Below are positions 30,144 through 39,611 of a DNA stretch of 64,000 nucleotides, piece by piece; positions within the stretch are counted from its first letter, which is position 1, and each line of letters starts with the position of its first letter. The DNA is from Candidatus Poribacteria bacterium (GTDB lineage Bacteria; Poribacteria; WGA-4E; PCPOR2b). Where the stretch lies: positions 3,072,001 to 3,136,000 of the forward strand of contig OZ244042.1 in the NCBI GenBank assembly GCA_965215015.1, read 5' to 3'. The translations under genes and the position numbers were made by a program. The notes under the pieces are model-generated. The model was given only the letters and a program-made list of their open reading frames with translations. It did not search any database and had not been told where the DNA came from.

Positions 30144-30593
30144 ATGCTCAAACGGTTAAAATCAGACGAATCAGGGTTGACACTCATTGAAATTACGATC
30201 GTCATAGTCATTCTTGGTCTGTTGGCAAGTTTTATTGCACCGCGGGTCTTGAATGCACCGGATAAGGCAAAGGTTGCCAAAGCCAAGATGGAGATCAGTG
30301 CATTGGAAAACGCGTTAGAGATGTATGCGATAGAGGTTGGGGATTATCCAACGGTGGAACAAAATTTGCGCGCCCTTTGGCAAGCCCCCAACCCGGCACC
30401 TGAAAATTGGAGCGGTCCTTACATTACAAAGCCAACTTTCACGGATCCATGGGGAAATAATTACGTTTATGTCTATCCCGGTATTCACGCAGGTTACAAT
30501 TACGACCTCTACTCATTTGGTAAGGACGGCAAACAAGGAGGTACAGATTTCAATGCTGACATCACAAGCTGGATCGACGAAACGGATCAGTGA
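30144..30593 (+). CDS. gspG: Major pseudopilin GspG
   Basis: G|LTLIE class III signal, NWSGPY, DPWGNNY.Y, SFGKDG..GG...ADI. Confidence 0.93.
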   Translation: MLKRLKSDESGLTLIEITIVIVILGLLASFIAPRVLNAPDKAKVAKAKMEISALENALEMYAIEVGDYPTVEQNLRALWQAPNPAPENWSGPYITKPTFTDPWGNNYVYVYPGIHAGYNYDLYSFGKDGKQGGTDFNADITSWIDETDQ

Positions 30594-30659
30594 TGTAGAT
30601 TAACATCCATTGTTGTTCTTTATTAAACCGAACATTGTCTCATTCCTTAGGGTAAAGAC

Positions 30660-31439
30660 ATGCACCTATCTAGGCGAATTTTGCGTTCAGAAAGGGGGTT
30701 GTTCCGATGCTGCGATAGGAATTTCGTAGGGAACAACGGTCATTGTTCCTGTACGGTTCAACGATTGTTGAACCGTCCTAAACGGGGGTTATATCTGCTT
30801 ACCTCAAAAGGCTTTACGTTGATTGAGGTCATGATCGTGCTTGCGTTAATCGCAATCCTTTCCTCCATCGCGATGCCATCTCTACGTGGATTCGCCGCAT
30901 CCACGCGCTTAAAATCTACTGCCCATGCTATCCGAGATATGCTCAACTTTGCACGAGATATGGCAATCACTGAGCGGGTAGCTTACCTTGTTGTATTTGA
31001 TTTGGCGACAAACCGCTACTGGCTTGCCTCCAACGAAACCTTCAACCTCGTAGACCCGTCCACTCCTTTAACCGCGAGCCCCTCAAGTTTCCAACCTGCC
31101 CAGCAGCCGACAACAGATCAAGGAACTACAGAATTGCTGCAAACGTCCCCTTTACGGACGAATGCGATCCTTGGTATACCACAGAAGCCGGGGCACAATG
31201 TCAGTTTAGCACGCCTGATAACGAATCACAACTTTCAGACCGTTCAAATAGATACCGGTGTGGATTATATCTACTTTTCTCCAACAGGATCAGCGGAAGA
31301 CACCGTACTATATATTCAAGATTGGCGAGGTCAAGCCATGTCCATAACAGTTGAAAACGCAATGGGACGGGTGCGTATTCAAAAAATCAACTCGCAGCAA
31401 CTCGAGGCGTTGGGGTTGACATATGAATCTTCTAAATAA
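30660..31439 (+). CDS. gspH: Minor pseudopilin GspH/FimT-like (start uncertain; TTG 30765 or 30768 possible)
   Basis: KG|FTLIEVMIVL prepilin motif, FARDMA, F.P.G; position after gspG. Confidence 0.8.
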   Translation: MHLSRRILRSERGLFRCCDRNFVGNNGHCSCTVQRLLNRPKRGLYLLTSKGFTLIEVMIVLALIAILSSIAMPSLRGFAASTRLKSTAHAIRDMLNFARDMAITERVAYLVVFDLATNRYWLASNETFNLVDPSTPLTASPSSFQPAQQPTTDQGTTELLQTSPLRTNAILGIPQKPGHNVSLARLITNHNFQTVQIDTGVDYIYFSPTGSAEDTVLYIQDWRGQAMSITVENAMGRVRIQKINSQQLEALGLTYESSK

Positions 31440-31884
31440 CCTAATCTCACTATTCCATCGATCAGCAGACGAGGAAGATGGCTTTACCTTAATCGAGATC
31501 GTTGTCGCGTTGGCCATTTTGTCATTAGCCCTGCCGACATTGCTCCGTTCTTTTACGGAAGCAGCAAAAGGGCAAGCATTGGCAGAAAACAGAACAACTG
31601 CCTTGTATCTCCTTAAATTCCGGATGGCAGCAATTGAGACTGAAGGTTATCCCGATATTGGCGAAGAAGATGGTGAATTTGGAGAGGATTCACGATTCCG
31701 TTGGCATTCAAATGTTCAGGATGTAGAATCGGAGGAGATTGAGGGGCTGCGCTTGGTAACAGTTACCGTCACGTGGCAAGAACGCGGAGAAGAAAGGCTC
31801 ATTTCAACGAGCACCTATTTCGCAGACCGTCAGATGCCACAGCAGACACAGGCCGGCCAACAAGGACAAGGGGGCAGCAGATGA
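31423..31884 (+). CDS. gspI: Minor pseudopilin GspI-like
   Basis: DG|FTLIEIVVALAIL, F.W, LRLVTVTVTW. Confidence 0.8.
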   Translation: MNLLNNLISLFHRSADEEDGFTLIEIVVALAILSLALPTLLRSFTEAAKGQALAENRTTALYLLKFRMAAIETEGYPDIGEEDGEFGEDSRFRWHSNVQDVESEEIEGLRLVTVTVTWQERGEERLISTSTYFADRQMPQQTQAGQQGQGGSR

Positions 31885-32789
31885 GGTCTCGCATTTCACG
31901 GCTTGCGTTTCAAGCGCACGGTTTTACTTTGCTCGAATTACTTGTCGCTGTCAGTATTCTGGTCATCATTGGCGGTGCCTCTTACACGGCGTTCAATGTT
32001 GCCCTTGATCTGTACCAGAAATCTGAATCCCGGATTGTAATGACACAAAAATGTAGAATTGCACTAGAGCGCGTTGCGACAGACTTAAGCAACCTGCAAG
32101 CTGTGCAGGGCGATGATTCTCTCATCATCGTGTCGCAGGATAATCCGATTGAAGAGGGGATTGACAGGGATTTAATTAGTTTCGTGACGTTGATTCATAC
32201 CGATCCAGACCCGTTTCTTGCTGAATTGAATGCGTCAAACCAAACAGTCTTAGTAGATGAGGAGGGAGATCCGGCTGAACTTGTGAGCGATGTTCAGCGG
32301 ATTGCCTACTATATCGGAGCGGATATCGCTCGACAGATTGAGGTAGAACAAGAGGATGAGATCGAAGTAGGTGGGGAGTTTTTGGCAGCAGATAGCGATA
32401 TGGATGGAGGATTAGCCCTTTTCCGGCTCTCAACCACAGCCCTAGATGTGGAAACTGTTATCCAACCTCTGCTTGAATCAGAAACGCTTCCCACCGAGGA
32501 TGAAGCGGGGAATCCAATCCATATAAATATTGTCCCGATTATCGATCAGATTATCTCCTTCGATGTAAGGTACTACGATGGAGAAGAGTGGTATGAGTCG
32601 TGGGAGAACACCGAAATGATTCCAAGATCTGTCGTTGTTTGGGTGACAGTTGCGGGTGAAAACAGTCAGCGGCATCAGAATACCGGTGCTAACACCATAA
32701 CCCAATCGACAATGGTTTATCTGCCAATGAGTGCGAACTTCAGCGAACAACCGCCCGATGGGAGTGCCGCCACGGGTCTGGGTGGATAA
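31881..32789 (+). CDS. gspJ: Minor pseudopilin GspJ-like
   Basis: HG|FTLLELLVA, DL, YYDG.EW.ESW...P.SV; ATG 31881 overlaps the gspI stop. Confidence 0.8.
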   Translation: MRSRISRLAFQAHGFTLLELLVAVSILVIIGGASYTAFNVALDLYQKSESRIVMTQKCRIALERVATDLSNLQAVQGDDSLIIVSQDNPIEEGIDRDLISFVTLIHTDPDPFLAELNASNQTVLVDEEGDPAELVSDVQRIAYYIGADIARQIEVEQEDEIEVGGEFLAADSDMDGGLALFRLSTTALDVETVIQPLLESETLPTEDEAGNPIHINIVPIIDQIISFDVRYYDGEEWYESWENTEMIPRSVVVWVTVAGENSQRHQNTGANTITQSTMVYLPMSANFSEQPPDGSAATGLGG

Positions 32790-32805
32790 GAAAATAGACA
32801 AAAGA

Positions 32806-34341
32806 ATGGAAAAAAAGAAAGATTCACATTTTCATACTAGAGGTAAGTTTCCGCTACAATTTAGGGTAAACGCGTGTAAATTGTGTAACAATTTATTTAG
32901 CGTACCTCAACACACCTGCGAGCGTGGGCTCTCTCTTATCTCGACGCTCTGGCTATTGACAATTCTTTCGGTACTTGCCACCCATTTTCTGTATTCAATT
33001 CGTCTTGAGCAGCGCGCGCAGGCAAACTTCGCGGATCGAACCAAGTTTCACTATGCCGCAAAGGCAGGTTTTGAGCGAGCGGTTGTGATGCTGCGTGGGG
33101 ATGAAACCCCTTACGATTCACTCGGCGAAAATTGGGCAGAGGGACTAGAAGAACAGATTGGGGGTGGCAGCGAAGTCACAAAGGCCCTTACCTACCGCGT
33201 TCAAATCATCGACGAAGGCACCAAAATCAACATTAACACTGCAGATGTAAGTGTAATCCAGGGGCTATTGACCCTTATGGGTTATCAAGAGGCAGAAGCG
33301 ACAGGGCAACCACTTGCAGAAGCGATTGAGCAGGGACGCCCCTACCGCACTGTGCGAGACTTAGCGCGCGTCCAAGGTATGACGCCAGATCTGCTCTACG
33401 GACAACAGGTTGCTGGAGATCCTAATGCGGTTGGAAACGCGGGTAGTGACATAGGGAGGAACACAACAGGGACGCAGCAAAACGTCCCCGGATTAGTCAA
33501 TCTAGTAACGGTCTATTCAATTGACAAAAATACGGATGCAAGTGGGAATCCGCGTGTCAACATTAACACCGCAGAGACACAGCAGCTGACGCAGATCCAA
33601 ACGAACAACAATCAGCCCGTTTTCTCTCAAGGGGAAGCGGATGCATTGATTCAAAAACGCGAATTCGGTAGTACCGGCGATCTGATTGATGTACCGGCGG
33701 TCCCAGAACAGGTTTTTGACAACATTCGTGAGCGGATTAGTGTGGAAAGCAATGAAGAAAAGGATAATACAGTTAATATCAACACCGCCGATGCCGGGCA
33801 GTTGCAGACGTTAGACGGTATTGATGAGGGCATCGCTGAACGGATTATTGATCACCGCAACAGTCAAGGCAACTTCCAAAATGTTGATCAGCTCAAAGAG
33901 GTAAAACTAATAACGGAGGAGGAGTTTAGTAGCATTGTAGATCAGATTACCACAACAGATGACCCAACAATCAGCGGATTTATCAACATCAACACAGCAC
34001 CCCAAGAGATATTGCAGCTCTTGCCGGGTATGGACACGGAAAAAGCCCAAGCAATTATCAATCGTCGCGAATCGGAACCTGAAGACAATCAGAAGGCTAA
34101 AGCGTTGTCAGAAGCTGGTGTTGAAGGAAATCCTTTTGAAAACACCAACCAACTCCTTGATGTGGAGGGGATTGATATGGACACCTTTCGCCAGATTGCT
34201 GAGTTGGTTACCTATCGCTCGCACGGTTTTCTCGTTGAAGTTGCCGGCGTTGATAACCTTGGCAAAACGATTGCATCTTGTGTTGGGGTACTGGATCGCA
34301 CCGGGGAACAGATTGTGACCAAGTATTGGAGGCAAAATTAG
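32806..34341 (+). CDS. gspK: GspK-like minor pseudopilin with four ComEA-type helix-hairpin-helix modules
   Basis: RG|LSLISTLW.L, D.L.E.W, IIDE..KININ, C-terminal S..F.V..G...DR...YWR; four (I/V)NINTA repeats. Confidence 0.8.
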   Translation: MEKKKDSHFHTRGKFPLQFRVNACKLCNNLFSVPQHTCERGLSLISTLWLLTILSVLATHFLYSIRLEQRAQANFADRTKFHYAAKAGFERAVVMLRGDETPYDSLGENWAEGLEEQIGGGSEVTKALTYRVQIIDEGTKININTADVSVIQGLLTLMGYQEAEATGQPLAEAIEQGRPYRTVRDLARVQGMTPDLLYGQQVAGDPNAVGNAGSDIGRNTTGTQQNVPGLVNLVTVYSIDKNTDASGNPRVNINTAETQQLTQIQTNNNQPVFSQGEADALIQKREFGSTGDLIDVPAVPEQVFDNIRERISVESNEEKDNTVNINTADAGQLQTLDGIDEGIAERIIDHRNSQGNFQNVDQLKEVKLITEEEFSSIVDQITTTDDPTISGFININTAPQEILQLLPGMDTEKAQAIINRRESEPEDNQKAKALSEAGVEGNPFENTNQLLDVEGIDMDTFRQIAELVTYRSHGFLVEVAGVDNLGKTIASCVGVLDRTGEQIVTKYWRQN

Positions 34342-34354
34342 GTTGGAGACTGTT

Positions 34355-35341
34355 ATGGAGAAAGCCCCGCGAAACCGAACAATAACACTATCAGATCAGG
34401 AAAGAACAGACTACCAACGGCATTTATTAAAAATCACTAGTCCTGTTTCAATGAATGGCATCCTAAACAGAGTTATCAATCAAGATTTTCACCATATCCT
34501 TGATTGGCTTCCCTCACGTTTTATCGATCTCCTCTTTCTCGATCCGCCATATAATTTGACCAAGCACTTTAACACCTACTCTTTTAAGCAGAAGTCAGTT
34601 GAGGGGTACATGGAGTGGCTGGAATCCTGGCTCCCCAAAATGATACGGTTGTTAAAGCCGGGGGCATCGGTCTATATTTGTGGAGATTGGCGGTCTTCTA
34701 CTGCAATTCAGCTCGTTTGCGATAGGTATCTGATTGTCAGAAACAGAATTACTTTTGAGCGGGAAAAAGGACGCGGGGCAAAAAAGAATTGGAAGAATAA
34801 CTCTGAGGATATTTGGTTCTGTACTGCCTCGAACGATTACTATTTTGATGCAGATGTTGTGAAGCTCAAGCGGCACGCAATCGCGCCCTATCGGGCAAAT
34901 GGGGAACCAAAAGATTGGACCAAAGAAGTAGATGGAAACTTTCGACTCACTGCGCCATCAAACATCTGGACAGACCTCACCATCCCCTTTTGGTCAATGC
35001 CGGAAAATACACCCCATCCAACGCAAAAATCTGAAAAACTGCTAGCGAAACTAATCCTTGCAAGTTCGAGAAGGGGGGACCTCGTTTTCGACCCTTTTGC
35101 GGGGAGTGGTACAACAGGAGTTGTGGCGAAGAAACTAGGGCGAAATTTCGTCATGGTTGAAATTGACAAAGAATATTGTCTTTATGCCCAGAAAAGGCTG
35201 CAGACAGCTGAGACTGATACAACGATTCAAGGATACGCCGATGGGGTTTTCTGGGAGCGAAACACATTACGGGATATGAAGAAAAAGCAACAAGGAAAAT
35301 CAAAGGGTGAGGATACGCTTGAACTATTTCCAAAAAACTAA
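34355..35341 (+). CDS. DNA amino-methyltransferase (N6-A/N4-C, beta class)
   Basis: DPPY before HPTQK and DPFAGSGTT (motif IV precedes motif I). Confidence 0.92.
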   Translation: MEKAPRNRTITLSDQERTDYQRHLLKITSPVSMNGILNRVINQDFHHILDWLPSRFIDLLFLDPPYNLTKHFNTYSFKQKSVEGYMEWLESWLPKMIRLLKPGASVYICGDWRSSTAIQLVCDRYLIVRNRITFEREKGRGAKKNWKNNSEDIWFCTASNDYYFDADVVKLKRHAIAPYRANGEPKDWTKEVDGNFRLTAPSNIWTDLTIPFWSMPENTPHPTQKSEKLLAKLILASSRRGDLVFDPFAGSGTTGVVAKKLGRNFVMVEIDKEYCLYAQKRLQTAETDTTIQGYADGVFWERNTLRDMKKKQQGKSKGEDTLELFPKN

Positions 35342-35347
35342 TTAAGG

Positions 35348-35540
35348 TAGGACTTACACAGCTGAAGGCTCAAAGCCGACACCAGAGAAGGGCGCGCAAT
35401 GTTCAGGGTTGGTTGAGCCATGACTCTAGCGCAATAGTCACGGTATCCCTTGGCGATCAATCGCCGCTGGACACCCTTGCTAACACCTGATGAATCGGGC
35501 AACTACAGCAGAGACTCCCTACAGAAGTACGTAACTCCTA
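35348..35540. mobile_element. MITE-like composite element, family A, between the MTase and endonuclease genes
   Basis: TAGGACTTACACAG...TACGTAACTCCTA; first ~170 bp align with 54639-54797. Confidence 0.75.
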
Positions 35541-35553
35541 ATTAAGGACAGAA

Positions 35554-36234
35554 GTGAAGAGCCGAATTTTTCACACACATACTTGTGAAAATGTTGCAGA
35601 TAATATAAGGGTATTTCTCAATAGTTACCCTGACTTTCTTACACCAAGCACTGGCACCAGTCCGCGAGCAACAGGCGATGCAATTCAGCATATTCTCGAA
35701 GAAGGCTTTGGACAGATTATTGGGGATTTGTCTAAAGAATATTCTGTGAATTTTGCGCGACGAGCAATGGCTGATTTAGCTTTCACAGATCTCGACAATC
35801 TCTATTGCATCGTAGATGTGAAAACTCACCGATTGGAAACGAAATTTAACATGCCAAATCTTACTTCTTCTTACTTCTGTGGAAAGGTTAGTACGTTTCT
35901 ATGAGGATAACCAGAATTATTTTGTGTTGTTAATGATAGCCTACACCATATCAGGTGTCCATGTAAATGTAGAAAGCGTCCATTTTGCACCGATTGAATT
36001 TTTATCGTGGCAATGCTTAACAATTGGTGCCTTGGGTTAGGGCAGATACAAATTGCCAATGCAAATAACATAATTATAAACAAAGGATATTCTAGAAAGA
36101 AGTGGATGTTAGAGTTGTGCGACACATTAGATGATTTTTATCCTCGTGAAATCGAAAAAGTAAAAAACAGAATTTATCACTTTAAGCAAATCAGAGAACA
36201 ATGGGAAGAAAAAGTAGACATTTGGGAATTATGA
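35554..36234 (+). pseudogene. Putative type II restriction endonuclease with two frameshifts
   Basis: AD...VDVK PD-(D/E)XK-like motif; 10-bp tandem duplication at 35859-35878 and a second shift near 36040 split one coherent protein; AT-rich; adjacent to the MTase. Confidence 0.7.
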
Positions 36235-36303
36235 CGAAATTCCGGATGGTCACAATGCTATAAATTCACTCCATAAGCTCATAGAGCCTATTTAGGAAAA
36301 ATC

Positions 36304-38007
36304 ATGGCAAAGAACCAAATCGTATCCATCGATATTGGAACGAGTGCAATCAAGTTGGTACAGCTAGAGCAAACTGCGTTAGGGATTCGTCTTGTGGGCG
36401 CGGGGGTAGAGACGTATCCCCATGTGGATCCAACGGCAACAGTCTCGACTGAAATAATCTCGCAAACCTTGCAGCGTCTTTGGAGGGATGTGAGCGGCCG
36501 GAGCATTCCAGTGGTACTGTCAATTCCTCGCTTGTCAGTTACGTCGCGTCGATTAACAAACCTCCCTGCAGCCGCAACAGATCACCAACTCTCAAACCTA
36601 GTTGCCATGCAGGCAGAAACGGAACTTCCCTTCCGGGTAGAAGGTGCTATCTACGATTACCACGACGTGCGCCGCTCGGAGCAGGGTATATCCGTCGAGC
36701 TGATCGCTGCAAAACGCGAGACGGTGCAACAACAAATTAATTATCTAAAACCGATCGGTCTCGCGCCGAAAAGTGTGATACCTTCGACGCTAGCGACGAG
36801 TGTGTTGGCGGGAATAGTAAACCACAAGGATAGTGCATCGGCCGGAATGACGATGGTTGTGGATATCGGCGCGGGACGGACGGACCTCTGCTTGATGGCT
36901 GGCGATACCCTACGATTTTCACGAAGTTTTCCTGTTGGTGGGGACCACTTAACGCATCTGTATCAGCAAGAAATGGGAGGTGACTTTGAACTCGCCGAAA
37001 GGCGAAAAATTGCTAATGCTGCGTTGGATCGACAGTCTCAAAGTGCCAACCCGTCTTACGAATGGGCGGATGGGCTTGTCGCGGAGTTGAAGCGTTCGAT
37101 CAACGGCGCCAAACGGGAACTTAACATTAACGGAGGTAGGATTGTCAGCGAAATCTGGTTGTGTGGCGGGGGGGCACGGATTCGCGGATTAGCAGACTAT
37201 ATCGCGGATCGATTGGACGTTCCAACCCGGTTTTGGAATCCACTTGACGCTTTTAAGGCCGTTTCGGATGAACAACGCTCTAACTTCCAAGCTGTTGATG
37301 CTTTCAGCGATACCTTCGCTGTCGCATTGGGGCTGGGTGTCAATGCGCTGACCTCCCAAATCTCCTTGGACCTCCTTCCCTCAGAAGAGAGGATCAAACT
37401 GACACAAACCCAGCAGCGGAAGCGCACATTAATGGCTGTCGCAGCTGGATTGACTTTGCTAGCTGGGCTTGGACTTGGTGGAATGACGCTGAGTCGCATC
37501 CGTCAGGCGAAAATTGTCGCGCTGGATGGAGCGATCAGAAACATCAGCCAAGCTGAATCCAATGCCAAAAGAGCATTGGTCAAAGATTTAGCCATGGTAA
37601 ATCTTTTAGCCCCCCGTGCTTTACCCCTTGATATAGTGCGCGAGTTGAGTGTACGGTTTTCTGACCGCACGAAGATTGCTTGGACAACGCTCAACATCAG
37701 TAGACTAGATGACCCTGAAAAAGCGAAGATTACTTTTAATATCGAAGCCCAGTCGCATCAAGACGTTAGTCAGGCAATTAGTGTTATGGCGCAATCGGGG
37801 GCGTTTGCAAATATCAAATCTGGTCGGGTTGCCAGCATTGAACGGGATAAGAAGCCAATTTTCCAAGCGCAGATTACCTGCAATCTGGCAAAAGATGCGA
37901 TTCAACTGTTTGCCCAAACCCGTCACCTTAATCAAAATCGGTCGCCGAAATCCAAGAGTAACGGGCAAAAAAGAGAGGTCCAAGAAGGAAAGAAAGTTGA
38001 CAAATGA
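36304..38007 (+). CDS. PilM/GspL-like actin-fold assembly protein with TM segment and PilN-like C-terminus
   Basis: SIDIGTSAIKLV, VDIGAGRT, LCGGGA, VALGLG, then DLLP, a TM helix and a periplasmic domain. Confidence 0.85.
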   Translation: MAKNQIVSIDIGTSAIKLVQLEQTALGIRLVGAGVETYPHVDPTATVSTEIISQTLQRLWRDVSGRSIPVVLSIPRLSVTSRRLTNLPAAATDHQLSNLVAMQAETELPFRVEGAIYDYHDVRRSEQGISVELIAAKRETVQQQINYLKPIGLAPKSVIPSTLATSVLAGIVNHKDSASAGMTMVVDIGAGRTDLCLMAGDTLRFSRSFPVGGDHLTHLYQQEMGGDFELAERRKIANAALDRQSQSANPSYEWADGLVAELKRSINGAKRELNINGGRIVSEIWLCGGGARIRGLADYIADRLDVPTRFWNPLDAFKAVSDEQRSNFQAVDAFSDTFAVALGLGVNALTSQISLDLLPSEERIKLTQTQQRKRTLMAVAAGLTLLAGLGLGGMTLSRIRQAKIVALDGAIRNISQAESNAKRALVKDLAMVNLLAPRALPLDIVRELSVRFSDRTKIAWTTLNISRLDDPEKAKITFNIEAQSHQDVSQAISVMAQSGAFANIKSGRVASIERDKKPIFQAQITCNLAKDAIQLFAQTRHLNQNRSPKSKSNGQKREVQEGKKVDK

Positions 38008-39458
38008 GAAAACTTACACGGCGTGAAATCGCTCTACTTACTGTCTTCGCGCTTGTGCTATTGATCTTCCTCATCGAGCCAATAATTCGACAAGGTTTCC
38101 CCGGTGATGAACTCACTGCTAAACAGGAGAGGCTGCAAACGGCGCAGAATCTGGTCCAGCTTGCTCAAGTCACGCAGCAAATTGATCGGAAGATTCAGGC
38201 ACAAGTTGGCTTAGAAGGACAAATTATCTCTGATTCTCTATTTGAGGAAATTGCCAACCGCGTTGATTTAGAAGCCCTCAATCGAGCGCATCGCGCATCC
38301 GCACTGGCAGCACTGCACCCTGCCCTTGAGAATAAGGCAGATTCACTGCTCGCTTATAAAAAACATTACGGCAAATTGGAAAGTTTAGACAAGCTAAAGG
38401 AGATACGAGGGCCTATCTTCGAGGGGGAGCAGGCACAGGCGATAATTTCGCGGCGAATCTCCGATCTTGCGAAAAAAGCAGGGCTGCGTCCCAACTATCA
38501 ACTCAATATTAGCCCGATACCGGGGACAAAGTCTGAACAGCTCCCGCCGCAAACGAAGAAAAATCTGGTGTACTATCTCTACTTAGACGAACTAGCGACC
38601 GAAACCCAGCAGTTGCAATCAGAGCAAAACGCCATAGAAGAAGAGGAGGAACAAGGACAAATCGAAACTGAGGAAGCGGCGATGGAGGCAATGTTTGATG
38701 CTTGGTGGGGGAAAGATGATATGAAAGATAAGAGTAAAGAGGGGGCAGTAGAAACCGAATCCAAAGAACAGCGATTCGAGGCTGATACAGTCCAAGACGG
38801 GCAACCACAAGGGGTGCCCCTACAGGATACGCTGTCAAGCCCGGAAACTCCCCAGCGGGAAGTTAATCGCCAATTTGCGTCGTTACCAGAAATCATCCCT
38901 TTAACACTGCGAATAGAACTGCTACAGTTTATTCAATCAAATCTAAAACAACAACTATCTGGAGTGCTCGAATCCAAAAGGGGGTTCCTTGAAGTTCAAA
39001 TCGCCGTAGGAACTGACGAAGCGGGGGGCGGTTTTTTGGGAATCGGTGCTAAAAAGCAGACGACAGCCATCAAGCTCAAGTCTAACAGTGCCCTGTTGTC
39101 GAAATTCGAGACATTAATCAACCGCTATGAAACGAAACAGGATTATAGCACGGAGGAGATGGAGAATACACTGGATTATGATCAGCAAATCCGCGCCCTT
39201 ACCCAGTACATTGATCAGATTTTGGAACAGGAAGATAGACTTACTGGTTGGCTTGCCACAGTTCCCTCTACCCATCAGCCCGAAGCGTACATTGTTGATA
39301 TGCGCTTCAGCAACAACATTGAGAAAGTTGTCCGGTTAATCTACGCAATCGAATCCAGCTCGAAATGGTTACAGGTCAGAGATCTACAAATCACTGTAGC
39401 GGACAAGAAGCAAACGACCATCAGCGCAAATCTCTCGATGATTGCGAGAGTTCTCTAA
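38004..39458 (+). CDS. GspM/PilO-position membrane protein with a ComEA-like HhH module and an acidic insertion
   Basis: LTRRE + TM N-terminus and LIYAIE...LQVRDLQI C-terminus typical of GspM/PilO; internal KA..LLAYKKHYGKLESLDKLKEIRG. Confidence 0.65.
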   Translation: MRKLTRREIALLTVFALVLLIFLIEPIIRQGFPGDELTAKQERLQTAQNLVQLAQVTQQIDRKIQAQVGLEGQIISDSLFEEIANRVDLEALNRAHRASALAALHPALENKADSLLAYKKHYGKLESLDKLKEIRGPIFEGEQAQAIISRRISDLAKKAGLRPNYQLNISPIPGTKSEQLPPQTKKNLVYYLYLDELATETQQLQSEQNAIEEEEEQGQIETEEAAMEAMFDAWWGKDDMKDKSKEGAVETESKEQRFEADTVQDGQPQGVPLQDTLSSPETPQREVNRQFASLPEIIPLTLRIELLQFIQSNLKQQLSGVLESKRGFLEVQIAVGTDEAGGGFLGIGAKKQTTAIKLKSNSALLSKFETLINRYETKQDYSTEEMENTLDYDQQIRALTQYIDQILEQEDRLTGWLATVPSTHQPEAYIVDMRFSNNIEKVVRLIYAIESSSKWLQVRDLQITVADKKQTTISANLSMIARVL

Positions 39459-39611
39459 TGAAACGTAAAACGTGAGGAGATTTCTGCCTTTTGGGACGTA
39501 TTCTCAAACATAGATGTGAGACGTGATAAAACGCAAAGGCGCAAGGGCACAAGCCTTTTTATGTTTGCGTGTCCTAGTGTTCTATTTTTTTCAACTGTTT
39601 AAAGGAAGGTT

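Noticed and set aside
35859-36040. Compensating frameshifts (+10 and -1) restoring a functional endonuclease
   Set aside because: The outer parts share a frame, but stop codons intervene from 35902, so no full-length product is possible without recoding.
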